A model generated the notes under the pieces. That model was not told the DNA's origin and did not search any database. It worked only from the letters and a program-made list of their open reading frames with translations. A program made the translations under genes and the position numbers. Positions 11,233 through 20,868 of a DNA stretch of 64,000 nucleotides are shown here, in pieces. Position 1 is the first letter of the stretch, and every line of letters begins with the position of its first letter. The DNA comes from Alphaproteobacteria bacterium (GTDB lineage Bacteria; Pseudomonadota; Alphaproteobacteria; Bin95): positions 992,001-1,056,000 of the forward strand of contig OZ219787.1 of assembly GCA_964291285.2 (NCBI GenBank). The letters run 5' to 3'.

Positions 11233-12443
11233 GCGGGGGCAGAGCGCGTGGCGAGACTCGTCCCGACGGTTTCGGATTTTCGTCTTGCCGGGGCACATGA
11301 CGGCGAGAGCGAGACGCTTTTGTTGCTCAAACGCCGGCTTCCGCCGGAAGTTTTCGTCTATCACGGTGTCCACTGGACCCGCTCTCACGGTAACCACACG
11401 GCTTTCGGCGAAGTCGATTTCGTTGTCGTCAGTCCCGCCGGCCGGGTTCTGGTTATCGAACAGAAGAACGGCGCGCTCGTCGAAGAAGGCGATGGCCTCT
11501 ACAAGGATTATGCGGGCCAGCGCAAGGATATCGTCCGGCAATTGAACCGTAATCTCGATGGATTGCGCGACGCCTTCCGCGACCGACATGGCAGGGATCT
11601 AAAACCCAAATCCCTGTTGTATTTTCCAGACCACAGGGTGAGGGTCCTCGACGCCGCCGGCCTCGACGCCAGGCGGATCGTGGACGCCTCGCGGCGCGAC
11701 GGGCTGCCGACGACTGTCTTGGAGCTTCTGGAAGACGATGGCGGCGAAGACGGCATAGATTATGCCGAACGTGTGCATCGTTTCTTCGAGCAACGGTTCG
11801 ATGTCGTGCCGGACGTCAACAGCTATATCGACAGGCAGGAGCAGCGCTTCAACCGACTCAATGCGGAATTGCGCCAGGTCATAGACAATATCTCGATGTC
11901 GCCCCTGCGGCTGCGCGTCCAGGGCGTCGCCGGTTGCGGCAAGACCAGCATTGCGATGCACTACTACAGGCGGGCGGCGGAAGCGGGCCGGAAGCCGTTA
12001 CTGCTTTGCCATAATCGGCCGCTGCGGGAGAAGTTGAACGCCCTCCTGCCGGATTCGGGCATGGTGCAGACGCGCTACGGCCTTACCACCAAATTCCTGG
12101 AGGATCGCGGCCACCCACCGGATTTCGGGCAACGGCCCGGCAATCCCGACTTCTGGAACGATCTGGAAGACCGGCTACTGGAAATCGGGATTCCCGACGA
12201 GTGGAAGTTCGACTGCCTTGTAGTCGATGAAGGCCAGGATTTCGACGAGGATGCACTGGAGAAATTCCGGCTGTTCCTGCGGGACGACCACGACATTCTC
12301 TGGCTGGAGGATGCGGACCAGAATATCCGGGGCGCCGATCCGTTCGTCGCTGCCGGCTTCGTCACCTATCGCGCGCGCCGCAATTGCCGCTCGCCGGAAA
12401 GCATCGCGCGTTTCGTCCGCACCGTTCTGCCGTCATTCGACTT

Positions 12444-13470
12444 CCTGCTTATTCTTGAGAGTCATCTTGTGAGATTGTAGGTTTGGAAGGGTTTCTGTTA
12501 TCGGGAGGTCATGGATATGGCATTCAAGGTTGCATCGCGTGTTCGTGGCTTGAGCGACGATGCGTTCCGAGCGTCGTTCGGCACGGAGGATCAGTGCCGG
12601 GCGGTGCTAGCCCGATTGCGCTGGCCGAACGGTTTCGAGTGCGGCTCCTGCGGGCATCGGGGGCACTGCATTCTTGCCGGGCGCAGGCTTTACCAGTGCA
12701 ACCGCTGCAAGAAGCAGGTTTCGGTGACGTCGGGGACGATCTTCCACTCGACCAAGCTGCCCCTGACGTTGTGGTTTGCGGCGATCCACCTTGTGGTGAC
12801 GGCGAAGAACGGCATTTCGTCGGTGGAACTCGGTCGCCGCCTCGGGGTCAGGCAGCCGACCGCCTGGAGCATGAAGCAGAAGATCATGGCGGTGATGGCC
12901 CGGCGCGAAGCCGACACGCGGCTCGAAGGACGGGTCGAGATGGACGACGCCTGGCTCGGCGGGTCGCGCTCCGGCGGCAAGCGCGGCCGGGGCGCGCCGG
13001 GCAAGACGCCCTTCGTGGCGGCGGTCTCGACCAGCGCCGAAGGGGCTCCGCGCAAGGTCAAGCTCGTCCCGGTCAGGGGCTTCCGCAAGCGCGAGATCGC
13101 GCGCGGCGCCAAACGCTGGCTGGCCCCGGGGACGGAGGTCGTCACCGATGCCCTGCACTGCTGGAACGCCCTCGACGGCATCGCCGCAAGCCACAGCGCC
13201 ATCCGTACCGGCTCAGGCCGCCGGGCAGCCCGCATGGCCCCCTTCAAATGGGTCAACACGACCCTCGGCAACATCAAGAGCGCCATCGCCGGAACCTACC
13301 GAAAGCTCGGTCCCGACCATGCCGAACGCTACCTCGCCAGCTTCGCATGGCGATACAACCGACGATACCAACTCAACTCCATGATCCCACGCTTCCTTCA
13401 CAGCGCCGTCAGAACACAACCCATCCCATATCAACTACTCATTGCAGGATGATCCTTGAGAATAAGCAGG
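12444..13470 (+). mobile_element. IS1595-family insertion sequence, 1027 bp
   Basis: Imperfect ~26-bp terminal inverted repeats starting CCTGCTTATTCT; 8-bp target duplication TTCGACTT at 12436-12443 and 13471-13478. Confidence 0.93.
12511..13452 (+). CDS. IS1595-family transposase
   Basis: RWPNGFECGSCG...CNRC zinc ribbon, SGTIFHSTKLPL, VEMDDAWLGG, VVTD, YLASFAWRYNRR. Confidence 0.93.
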   Translation: MDMAFKVASRVRGLSDDAFRASFGTEDQCRAVLARLRWPNGFECGSCGHRGHCILAGRRLYQCNRCKKQVSVTSGTIFHSTKLPLTLWFAAIHLVVTAKNGISSVELGRRLGVRQPTAWSMKQKIMAVMARREADTRLEGRVEMDDAWLGGSRSGGKRGRGAPGKTPFVAAVSTSAEGAPRKVKLVPVRGFRKREIARGAKRWLAPGTEVVTDALHCWNALDGIAASHSAIRTGSGRRAARMAPFKWVNTTLGNIKSAIAGTYRKLGPDHAERYLASFAWRYNRRYQLNSMIPRFLHSAVRTQPIPYQLLIAG

Positions 13471-14010
13471 TTCGACTTTGAACCGGGGAACGACCTTCCG
13501 GGACTCGGCGTAAGCGTCCAAGGCTATGACAACCCGGACGACCAGCTTCGACTGGCGGCGGCATCGGTCGCGGAACTCAGAAGGCTGGGTTTCCGGCCGG
13601 AGGATATAGCGGTGGTGACCATGCGCGGGCACGACAGGTCGTCGCTGAGCGATCGCGACTGCCTCGGCAGTGCCGCCGTCCGCCGCTTCACCGGGAATTA
13701 CGACGACAACGGCAACCAGATGATGACGGCGGGGGATATATATTTCGACAGCATAGGCCGCTTCAAGGGCCAGGAAGCTCAGGCAATCATTCTGTGCGAT
13801 GTCGATCCGGACCTCGAGCGGGTGGAGCACCTCTCACGCCTTTATTGCGGCATGACCCGCGCGACCGTGCGCCTCGAACTGCTGGCGAACCGGGCCAACC
13901 CGCTTTACGAGACGCTCCGGTTGGCTGCCGGTTGAACCCGTATGAGGCCGGGCGGCGGAAATCCGGGCGCATTCGGAAACCCGCCTTGCTTTCCGGTGTA
14001 TGATCGACCC

Positions 14011-14196
14011 ATGACACGCACCGTAAAAGACATGGACGACCGCGCTCGCGCCGAAGCGACGGGTCGTCGCCGCTCCGGCGCGAAACGCGACGAGGATGCC
14101 GTGGAACCCTTGAGCCTCGATGAAGCGCGGCGGATGCGCGGGTCGGGCTGGGAGGGTGACCTGGACGAGATGCGCGGCTCGGACGGGAGGTCCTGA
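14011..14196 (+). CDS. VapB-like antitoxin, orphan and possibly degenerate
   Basis: MTRTVKDMDD...KR..AV.EPLSLDEARRMRGSGWEGDLDEMR resembles the VapB antitoxin pattern (RTNIDIDD...KR.AV...G.GWEGDLD..R), recalled from memory. No PIN toxin follows. Confidence 0.55.
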   Translation: MTRTVKDMDDRARAEATGRRRSGAKRDEDAVEPLSLDEARRMRGSGWEGDLDEMRGSDGRS

Positions 14197-14197
14197 C

Positions 14198-15073
14198 ATG
14201 AAGCTCGGCGTTGTCTTTCCGCAGACGGAGATCGGGGCCGATCCGGCTGCCTGCCGCGACTTTGCGCAGGCGGCCGAGGAGCTGGGCTATGCGCACCTGC
14301 TTGCCTTCGACCATGTGCTGGGGGCCGACCCGGCCGCGCATACGCTGACCGGCCCCTATACGCACAAGTCGATGTTCCACGAGCCGATGGTGCTGTTCGG
14401 CTGGCTTGCGGCGCTGACCGGGCGGATCGGGTTCGTCACCGGCATCCTCATCCTGCCGCAGCGCCAGACGGCGCTTGTCGCCAAGCAGGCGGCGGAGGTG
14501 GATATCCTGTCCGGCGGACGGCTTCGGCTCGGCATCGGCGTCGGCTGGAACCAGGTCGAATACCAGGCGTTGAACGAGGACTTCACCAATCGCGGCAAGC
14601 GTTCGGAAGAGCAGATCGCGCTGTTGCGCCGGCTCTGGACCGAGGAGTTGGTGACCTTCGAGGGCCGCTGGCACGAGTTCCGGGACGCCGGCATCAACCC
14701 CCTGCCGGTGCAGCGCCCGATCCCGATCTGGATCGGCGGCCATGCCGAGGCGACCATCGAGCGGATCGGGCGCATCGGCGACGGCTGGTTCCCGCTGGTC
14801 ACGCCTTCGGACAAGACGGCGGCGCGTGTCGAGCGGCTCAGGGACTACGCCCGCGCGGCCGGGCGTGACCCGGCGGAGATCGGCATCGAGTCCTGGCTGC
14901 GCTACGCCAAACGGGGTGATGCTGTCGGCCCGGAGTCGTGGCAGGCCGATATCGATTTCTGGCGGAGCGTCGATGCGACCCACCTGACGGTGAACACTAT
15001 GGATGCCGGGCTCCGGGGGGCGGATGCGCATGTCGAGGCCATGCGGCGCGTGAAGGAATCGGTGGACCTGTGA
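14198..15073 (+). CDS. LLM-class (putatively F420-dependent) oxidoreductase
   Basis: AEELGYAHLLAFDHV, ILILPQRQTALVAKQAAEVDILSGGRLRLGIGVGWN. Confidence 0.88.
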   Translation: MKLGVVFPQTEIGADPAACRDFAQAAEELGYAHLLAFDHVLGADPAAHTLTGPYTHKSMFHEPMVLFGWLAALTGRIGFVTGILILPQRQTALVAKQAAEVDILSGGRLRLGIGVGWNQVEYQALNEDFTNRGKRSEEQIALLRRLWTEELVTFEGRWHEFRDAGINPLPVQRPIPIWIGGHAEATIERIGRIGDGWFPLVTPSDKTAARVERLRDYARAAGRDPAEIGIESWLRYAKRGDAVGPESWQADIDFWRSVDATHLTVNTMDAGLRGADAHVEAMRRVKESVDL

Positions 15074-16688
15074 ACGGCGGCGCTGAGGACGCCGGCAGCT
15101 TCGACTGGATCGTCGTCGGCACCGGCTCGGCCGGCTCCGTTCTGGCCGCGCGGCTTTCCGAGCGGGCGGGCGACCGGGTGCTGGTGCTGGAGGCGGGCGG
15201 GATGGACCGCAACCCGTTCATCCACATTCCCGCGGGCTACACCAGGACCCTCAACAGCGACGCCGTGAACTGGCGCTTCGAGATCGACCCGGAGGACTAC
15301 ACGCGCAACCGGACCATGCCGCTGCCGCGCGGCAAGGTCGTGGGCGGCTCCTCATCGATCAACGGGATGCTCTACGTGCGCGGCAACGCCCGCGACTTCG
15401 ACGACTGGGCGCAGATGGGCAACCGCGGCTGGTCCTGGGAGGAGGTGCTGCCCTTCTTCAGGAAATCCGAGCGGCGAGAGGGCGGCGATCCGGCCTTTCG
15501 CGGCACGTCAGGAGAGCTTCGGGTCTCCGACATGCGCGACCGCTTCGATCTTACCGACGACATCATTCGCGGCGGCGAGGAGTTCGGCTATCCCCGCAAC
15601 CCGGACTATAACGGCGCCTCGCAGGACGGCTTCGGTTACTATCAGGTCTGCCAGAAGAGCGGGCTCAGGCACAGCGCCTTCCGGGCCTTCCTGAAGCCTG
15701 CGTTGAGACGCCCAATATCGAGTTGCGCACCCACGCGCTGGCGGAGCGCATGGTGATCGAAGAGGGGCGCGCCGTTGCGGTGGAATACCGGCGGAGCGGC
15801 CGGCTGGAACGGGCGGCGGCGAGGCAGGGCATTGCGTTGTCGGCGGGTGCGGTGCAGTCGCCGCAGTTGCTGGAGTTGTCGGGCATCGGCAATCCCGAGG
15901 TGCTGCAGGCTCAGGGGATCGAGGTGCAAAGGGCGCTGCCGGGCGTCGGCGAGAACTATCGGGACCATTACATGGTGCGGAAGTCCTGGCGCATCGGGCG
16001 TCCGGTCACCATCAACGAGAAGTCGCGCGGGCTGGCCCTGGCCGGCGAGATTCTTCGTTATGCGCTGACGCGGCGAGGACTGCTGACGCTCACGCCCGGC
16101 GTGGTCGCCGGGTTCGTGCGGACGCGGGACGACCTTGCCGTCCCGGACATTCAGTATCACATCGTGCCGGCGAGCTATGACGATCCCCGAACCAAGGCGC
16201 TGGCGCGAACGCCGGGCATGACCATCGGCACATACCAGACGCGGCCGGAAAGCGCCGGGACGATCCATATCCGCTCGGCCCGCGCCGACGAGCAGCCGGC
16301 GATCAAGGGCAACTATCTTTCTGCGGAATTCGACCGACAGGCATTGGTGGGCGGCATGAAGATCGCCCGCGCGCTGATGGAGACCGGAGCCATGCGCCGC
16401 CATGTCGCTTTCGAGGAACTGCCTGGACCGGATGTGGAGAGCGATGAGCAATGGCTGGACTTCGCCCGCGAGGCGGGGTTCGCGATCTATCACCCGGTCG
16501 GCACCTGCAAGATGGGGACGGACCCGATGGCGGTGGTCGATCCGCGCCTTTGCGTGCATGGCGTGGCGGGCCTGCGGGTGGCGGACGCCTCCGTCATGCC
16601 GACGCTCACCAACGGCAACACCCACGCTCCCACCATGATGATCGCCGAAAAGGCGGCCCACATGATGCTGGAGGATGCGGGGGCCTGA
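15070..16688 (+). pseudogene. GMC oxidoreductase (choline dehydrogenase-like) with a single-base frameshift at about 15711-15713
   Basis: N-half has IVVGTGSAG and GGSSSINGM; the C-half, in another frame, has YHPVGTCKMG and LRVADASVMP. One added C restores RRPNIELRTHAL. Could be a sequencing error. Confidence 0.85.
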
Positions 16689-16709
16689 CCGGCGCCGGAA
16701 GAACCGGCC

Positions 16710-17906
16710 TCAGCGCGCCGTGCGCCGTGAGGCGACGACCGCGCCGAAGGAGCAGAGGAAGGCGAGGACGAGGAAGGCCCCGCAGCCGAGGAACAGAAGG
16801 ACGGGCCAGTCGCGGTCCATCGTCCAGCCGAACAGGAGCGGCGCCAGGCCGCCGCCGATGGACAGCCCGACAAATACGAAGCCGATCACCCGGCCGGTGC
16901 TGCCCGGCGGTGTGATCCGCCTGAGGATCAGGTCCCGCGCCGGCAGCACGACACCCATCCCGAACCCGGCCGCGCCCAGCAGCACGGCGAGGCCGAGCAC
17001 GCCGATATCGGCGAAGCCCGCAAGCGCCGTCAGCGCCCCGGCGCCGATCAGCGCCGCGCCGGTCAGGCGTAATTGGAATCCTTCCCGGTCGGGCAGCTCC
17101 CCGCCCGCGAGGATGCCGAAGGCAAGCGCAAGCAGCGCCGTGGTCCACACCACGCCGGCGGATGCCGGGTCGAAGCCGTAGAGCTTGTCGAGTCCGACCG
17201 CGGTGAATGACATGATCCCGCCGCTCGCCATGCCGTAGGCCGCGAAGAAACCGAAGAACAGCAGGATCGGCAGGGAGAGCCACCGCGCGGGCGCGGCGTC
17301 CGCAGCCGCGTCCCTGGCCCGGGGCGGGGAGGCGACGGCGCCGCCGCTCACCGCCATCGCCAGCACGGTCGCGATGCCCGCCGCGCCGACCAGCATGACG
17401 GCGTTCCGCCAGCCCATCGATTGCGCCAGCGTCGCCATTGTGAGCGGCGCCACCGCCGTGCCGAAGAAGCCGAGGAAGGTGTGCATGCTGTAGGCGCGCG
17501 GCAGCCGCCGTTCGCGAATGCGCGCCGCCAGCACCGCATAGTCGGCGGGATGAAACACGCTGTTGCCGATGCCGGCCGCCACGGCCAGCAGCGCCAGCGC
17601 CCAGTAGCTGGAAACGAACCCGATGGCGGCAATGGCGGCGGCGTTGAGTGCAAGCCCCGCCAGCAGGACCGGGCGCGCGCCCCAGCGGTCCACCGCCAGC
17701 CCGACCGGCGCCTGGAGCACGCCGCCGACCACCGCATAGCCGGTGACCAGAGCGCCCAGCAGCGCATAGCTCGCGCCGAACTCGTCGCGGAAGTAACCGA
17801 ACAGGGGCGGCAGGCTGAGCGCGTAGAAATGGCTCAGGAAATGCCCGGCGCCGATCAGCGCCAGCGTCCGGGTCTCCCCGCGAGCCACCTCTGCCGTTTG
17901 CGCCAT
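16710..17906 (-). CDS. MFS transporter
   Basis: About 12 hydrophobic segments, AVDRWGAR motif A, GNSVFHP. Confidence 0.9.
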   Translation of the reverse strand: MAQTAEVARGETRTLALIGAGHFLSHFYALSLPPLFGYFRDEFGASYALLGALVTGYAVVGGVLQAPVGLAVDRWGARPVLLAGLALNAAAIAAIGFVSSYWALALLAVAAGIGNSVFHPADYAVLAARIRERRLPRAYSMHTFLGFFGTAVAPLTMATLAQSMGWRNAVMLVGAAGIATVLAMAVSGGAVASPPRARDAAADAAPARWLSLPILLFFGFFAAYGMASGGIMSFTAVGLDKLYGFDPASAGVVWTTALLALAFGILAGGELPDREGFQLRLTGAALIGAGALTALAGFADIGVLGLAVLLGAAGFGMGVVLPARDLILRRITPPGSTGRVIGFVFVGLSIGGGLAPLLFGWTMDRDWPVLLFLGCGAFLVLAFLCSFGAVVASRRTAR

Positions 17907-18032
17907 GCTCGAATCCTCTTCAGGCCGGCGCGCAATATGCCTGCCGGGAGCCGAAGACGGAACCGGCCTGCTTGCCGGCCCCGCCCGCCGTCGGCATCAT
18001 CGTCCGGAGTGCGCACCCGGCGAGGAGGAGTG

Positions 18033-18368
18033 ATGGTCCCGGTCACGGACGAACTCCTGGACGAGATGGTCCGGGCGATTGTGGAAGAGGTCGATCCCGA
18101 GCAGGTGATCCTGTTCGGCTCGCGCGCCCGCGGCGATGCGCATGACGGCTCCGACGTGGACCTGATCGTCATCGAGGCCGAGCCGTTCGGGGCAGGGCGG
18201 AGCCGCGTGGAAGAGGCGGCGCGGCTCTACCGGGCGGCGTCCGGCCTCGGCGTGAGCAAGGACATCCTCGTCTTCACGCTCGCCGAACGGGAATACTGGC
18301 GTGATTCCCTGAACCACGTCCTCGCCCGCGCGCTCCGGGAAGGCAGGGTGCTGTATGAGCGACCTTAA
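18033..18368 (+). CDS. Minimal nucleotidyltransferase (MNT)
   Basis: ILFGSRARGDAHDGSDVDLIV (GS-x10-DxD); GGAGGAG ribosome-binding site; overlaps the HEPN gene. Confidence 0.9.
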   Translation: MVPVTDELLDEMVRAIVEEVDPEQVILFGSRARGDAHDGSDVDLIVIEAEPFGAGRSRVEEAARLYRAASGLGVSKDILVFTLAEREYWRDSLNHVLARALREGRVLYERP

Positions 18369-18759
18369 ATGCGCTCGACTGATGTTCCGCTCAGCGGAAC
18401 AGGATCTGCGTTCGCTTGAGATTTTGGCGGCGGAGGGACCAGAAGAAGGGTTCGGCTTCCATGTCCAGCAGGCCCTGGAGAAGGCATTCAAGGCGTGGCT
18501 GGCGCTCCTGGACGAGCTTTATCCACTGACCCACGATCTCGAGACGCTGCTGGACCGCCTGGCTGTATGCGGCGCGGATGTCGAACCCTGGCGCGAAACC
18601 GAACGCTACACGCCCTACGCCGTCCAGTTCCGCTACACCGGCGTCGATCCCGAAACCGAAGCCATAGACCGCGACGAGGCCGCCGCATCCGTCCGGACGC
18701 TGCTGGCGAGAGTTGCGCAGGAGTTGGCGGAAGCGGAGGGCGGAACGGAACGGGGCTGA
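18355..18759 (+). CDS. HEPN domain protein (MNT-HEPN pair)
   Basis: AEQDL...FHVQQALEKAFKA...THDL...RY pattern. Confidence 0.88.
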   Translation: MSDLKCARLMFRSAEQDLRSLEILAAEGPEEGFGFHVQQALEKAFKAWLALLDELYPLTHDLETLLDRLAVCGADVEPWRETERYTPYAVQFRYTGVDPETEAIDRDEAAASVRTLLARVAQELAEAEGGTERG

Positions 18760-18897
18760 ATGGCACCCGTCATCCCTCTGCCGCAGCAATTTCATCCGCC
18801 TGACACGGCTTTCGTGCTGCCTCCGCCTTGCGCGGCGGCGCCGGACGCACCTATGGTGAGGGTCGGGCCGATTCGGGTCTGTTGCTCGGAGGGTGTT

Positions 18898-19461
18898 GTG
18901 ACGCCGCCTGTGGAGAGCGTACCGACGCTGGTGCTGAATGCGGATTTCCGCCCGCTCAGCTATTTCCCGCTGTCGCTCTGGTCGTGGCAGGAAAGCGTCA
19001 AGGCCGTGTTCCTGAACCGGGTGCAGGTGCTCGCGGAATACGACCGCGAGGTGCGTTCGCCGAGCTGGGCGATGCGGCTGCCCTCCGTCATCGCGCTCCG
19101 GGACTATGTGGCGCCGGCGCGGCATCCGGCCTTCACGCGCTTCAACGTCTTCCTGCGCGACCGCTTCGGCTGCCAGTATTGCGGCGCCCGGCTGCCGCCG
19201 GAGGACCTGACCTTCGACCATGTGGTGCCGCGCTCGCGCGGCGGGCGCACGGGCTGGACCAATGTCGTGGCCGCCTGCGGGCGCTGCAACCGCGCCAAGG
19301 GCGACCGGCTGCTCCGCGATTCCGGCATGCGGCTCCAGGCCGAGCCCGTGCGCCCGAGCGTCTGGCGCCTCCAGGAGAACGGGCGCAGCTTCCCGCCCAA
19401 TTTCCTGCATGAGAGCTGGTCCGACTTCCTCTACTGGGACAGCGAGCTCGAACAGGGCTGA
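18898..19461 (+). CDS. HNH endonuclease family protein
   Basis: LVLNADFRPLSYFPLSLW, RDRFGCQYCG, DHVVPRSRGG..W.NVVAAC..CN..KG; GTG start after GGAGG. Confidence 0.9.
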   Translation: MTPPVESVPTLVLNADFRPLSYFPLSLWSWQESVKAVFLNRVQVLAEYDREVRSPSWAMRLPSVIALRDYVAPARHPAFTRFNVFLRDRFGCQYCGARLPPEDLTFDHVVPRSRGGRTGWTNVVAACGRCNRAKGDRLLRDSGMRLQAEPVRPSVWRLQENGRSFPPNFLHESWSDFLYWDSELEQG

Positions 19462-19485
19462 GGCGCCGTCCCCTTCAGCGGGAAC

Positions 19486-19565
19486 CGTCGCCCCGGCCCC
19501 CGAGCCGGGGCCTCTCGATACTCCCGCAAGCCGCCCAAGGCCCCGGCTCGGGGGCCGGGGCGACG
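19486..19565. repeat. REP-like palindrome (family CGTCGCCCCGGCC) between convergent genes; possible terminator
   Basis: Perfect 28-bp inverted repeat at 19486-19513 and 19538-19565; a related copy lies at 55973-56081. Confidence 0.8.
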
Positions 19566-19626
19566 AGGAGGGGCGTCAACCGGACAGCAATGGAACGGGT
19601 CCGGGCATGACGGAGAGGGGCGCCGC

Positions 19627-20868
19627 TCAGCCGAGGCTTTCCTCGATGCGGATCGCCTCGTTCCACTTCGCCATGCGCTCGGAGCGGGCGAAGGAGCCGA
19701 CCTTGAGGCCGGGCGCGCGCCAGCCGACGGCGAGGTGGACGACGGTCACGTCCTCCGTCTCGCCGGAGCGCGCGGAGACGATGCCGCCGAAACCCGCCTT
19801 GCGCGCCGCGTCCCAGGCCGCCTTCGCTTCCGTAAGCGTGCCGCGCTGGTTGGGCTTGACGAGCAGGGTGTTGGCCGCGCCCCGCCGGGCCGCCTCCTCG
19901 ACCTTGCGGGCGGAGGTCACCAGCAGGTCGTCGCCCACCACCTGCACCCGGTCGCCGTGTTCGGCGGTGAAGGCGGCGAAGCCCTCCCAGTCGTCCTCGG
20001 CCAGCGGGTCCTCGACCGAGACGACCGGATAGCGCGCGAGCCAGCCGCCGACGAGGCGTCCCATGCCTTCGCTGTCCAGCTCGCGCCCCTCCAGCGCGAG
20101 GCGGTAGCGCCCGCCCCGCCCGAACTCGCTCGCCGCCACGTCGAGCGCGATGGCCACCTCCTCGCCCGGCCGGAACCCGGCGCGCTCGATGGCGCGGACC
20201 AGCATGTCGAGCGCGGCCTCGTTGGTGTCGAAATCGGGCCAGAAGCCGCCCTCGTCCGCCACGCCGCGCAGCCGCCCCGCCTCCGCCATCAGCAGGCCGG
20301 CGGCGCGATAGACCTCGGCGATCCGGTTGCAGGCCTCGGCGAAGCTGCCGGCGCCCGGCGCGGTCGCCATGAAGTCCTGGATGTCGACCCGCCGACCGGC
20401 ATGGGCGCCGCCGCCGAAGATCTGGATTTCCGGGGCGGGCAGCGACACCGGCCCCTCGCCCGCGAGCCAGTGCCAGAGCGGCAGGCCCGCGGCCGCCGCG
20501 CCCGCCCAGGCCGCCGCCATCGACACGGCCACGCAGGCATTGGCCCCGAGGCGCGACTTGTCCGCCGTGCCGTCGAGCGCAATGAGCTGATGGTCCGCTG
20601 CCTCCCGGTCCTCGACATCGACGCCCCGGAGCGCGGCTGCGATCTCGCCCTCGACCGAGGCCACCGCCTGCATCACATCGAGCCCGCCGAAGGCCGCGCC
20701 GCCGTCCCGCCGGTCGAGCGCCTCGCCCGATCCGGTCGAGGCTCCCGCGGGCGCGATGGCGCGGCCGGTCGCGCCGCCGGCGAGATGCACCTCGGCCTCC
20801 ACCGTCGGCCGCCCGCGCGAATCCCAGACCCGCCTTCCGCGCACCCTCTCGATCTCGAACGCGCTCAT
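19627..20868 (-). CDS. Enolase-family protein (divergent paralog)
   Basis: DSRGRPTVE, GASTG, DEGGF, LDVAASE, VEDP, VGDD, KPNQ, SARSGETED, RSER. Confidence 0.88.
   Translation of the reverse strand: MSAFEIERVRGRRVWDSRGRPTVEAEVHLAGGATGRAIAPAGASTGSGEALDRRDGGAAFGGLDVMQAVASVEGEIAAALRGVDVEDREAADHQLIALDGTADKSRLGANACVAVSMAAAWAGAAAAGLPLWHWLAGEGPVSLPAPEIQIFGGGAHAGRRVDIQDFMATAPGAGSFAEACNRIAEVYRAAGLLMAEAGRLRGVADEGGFWPDFDTNEAALDMLVRAIERAGFRPGEEVAIALDVAASEFGRGGRYRLALEGRELDSEGMGRLVGGWLARYPVVSVEDPLAEDDWEGFAAFTAEHGDRVQVVGDDLLVTSARKVEEAARRGAANTLLVKPNQRGTLTEAKAAWDAARKAGFGGIVSARSGETEDVTVVHLAVGWRAPGLKVGSFARSERMAKWNEAIRIEESLG

Larger units (their letters stand above)
11248..13935 (+). pseudogene. NERD nuclease + SF1 (UvrD-like) helicase, interrupted by an IS1595-family element
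   Basis: NERD motif (GEVDFVVV..VIEQKNG), Walker A GVAGCGKT, Walker B VVDEGQDF; the second fragment carries FKGQEAQAII and LYCGMTRA. Removing the IS and one TSD copy gives ...PSFDFEPGND... in frame (550 aa). Confidence 0.88.

Noticed and set aside
18898-19461. HNH gene as part of a three-gene defence system with MNT-HEPN
   Set aside because: It has its own RBS after a ~140-bp gap and resembles a widely conserved alphaproteobacterial HNH protein; adjacency is probably incidental.
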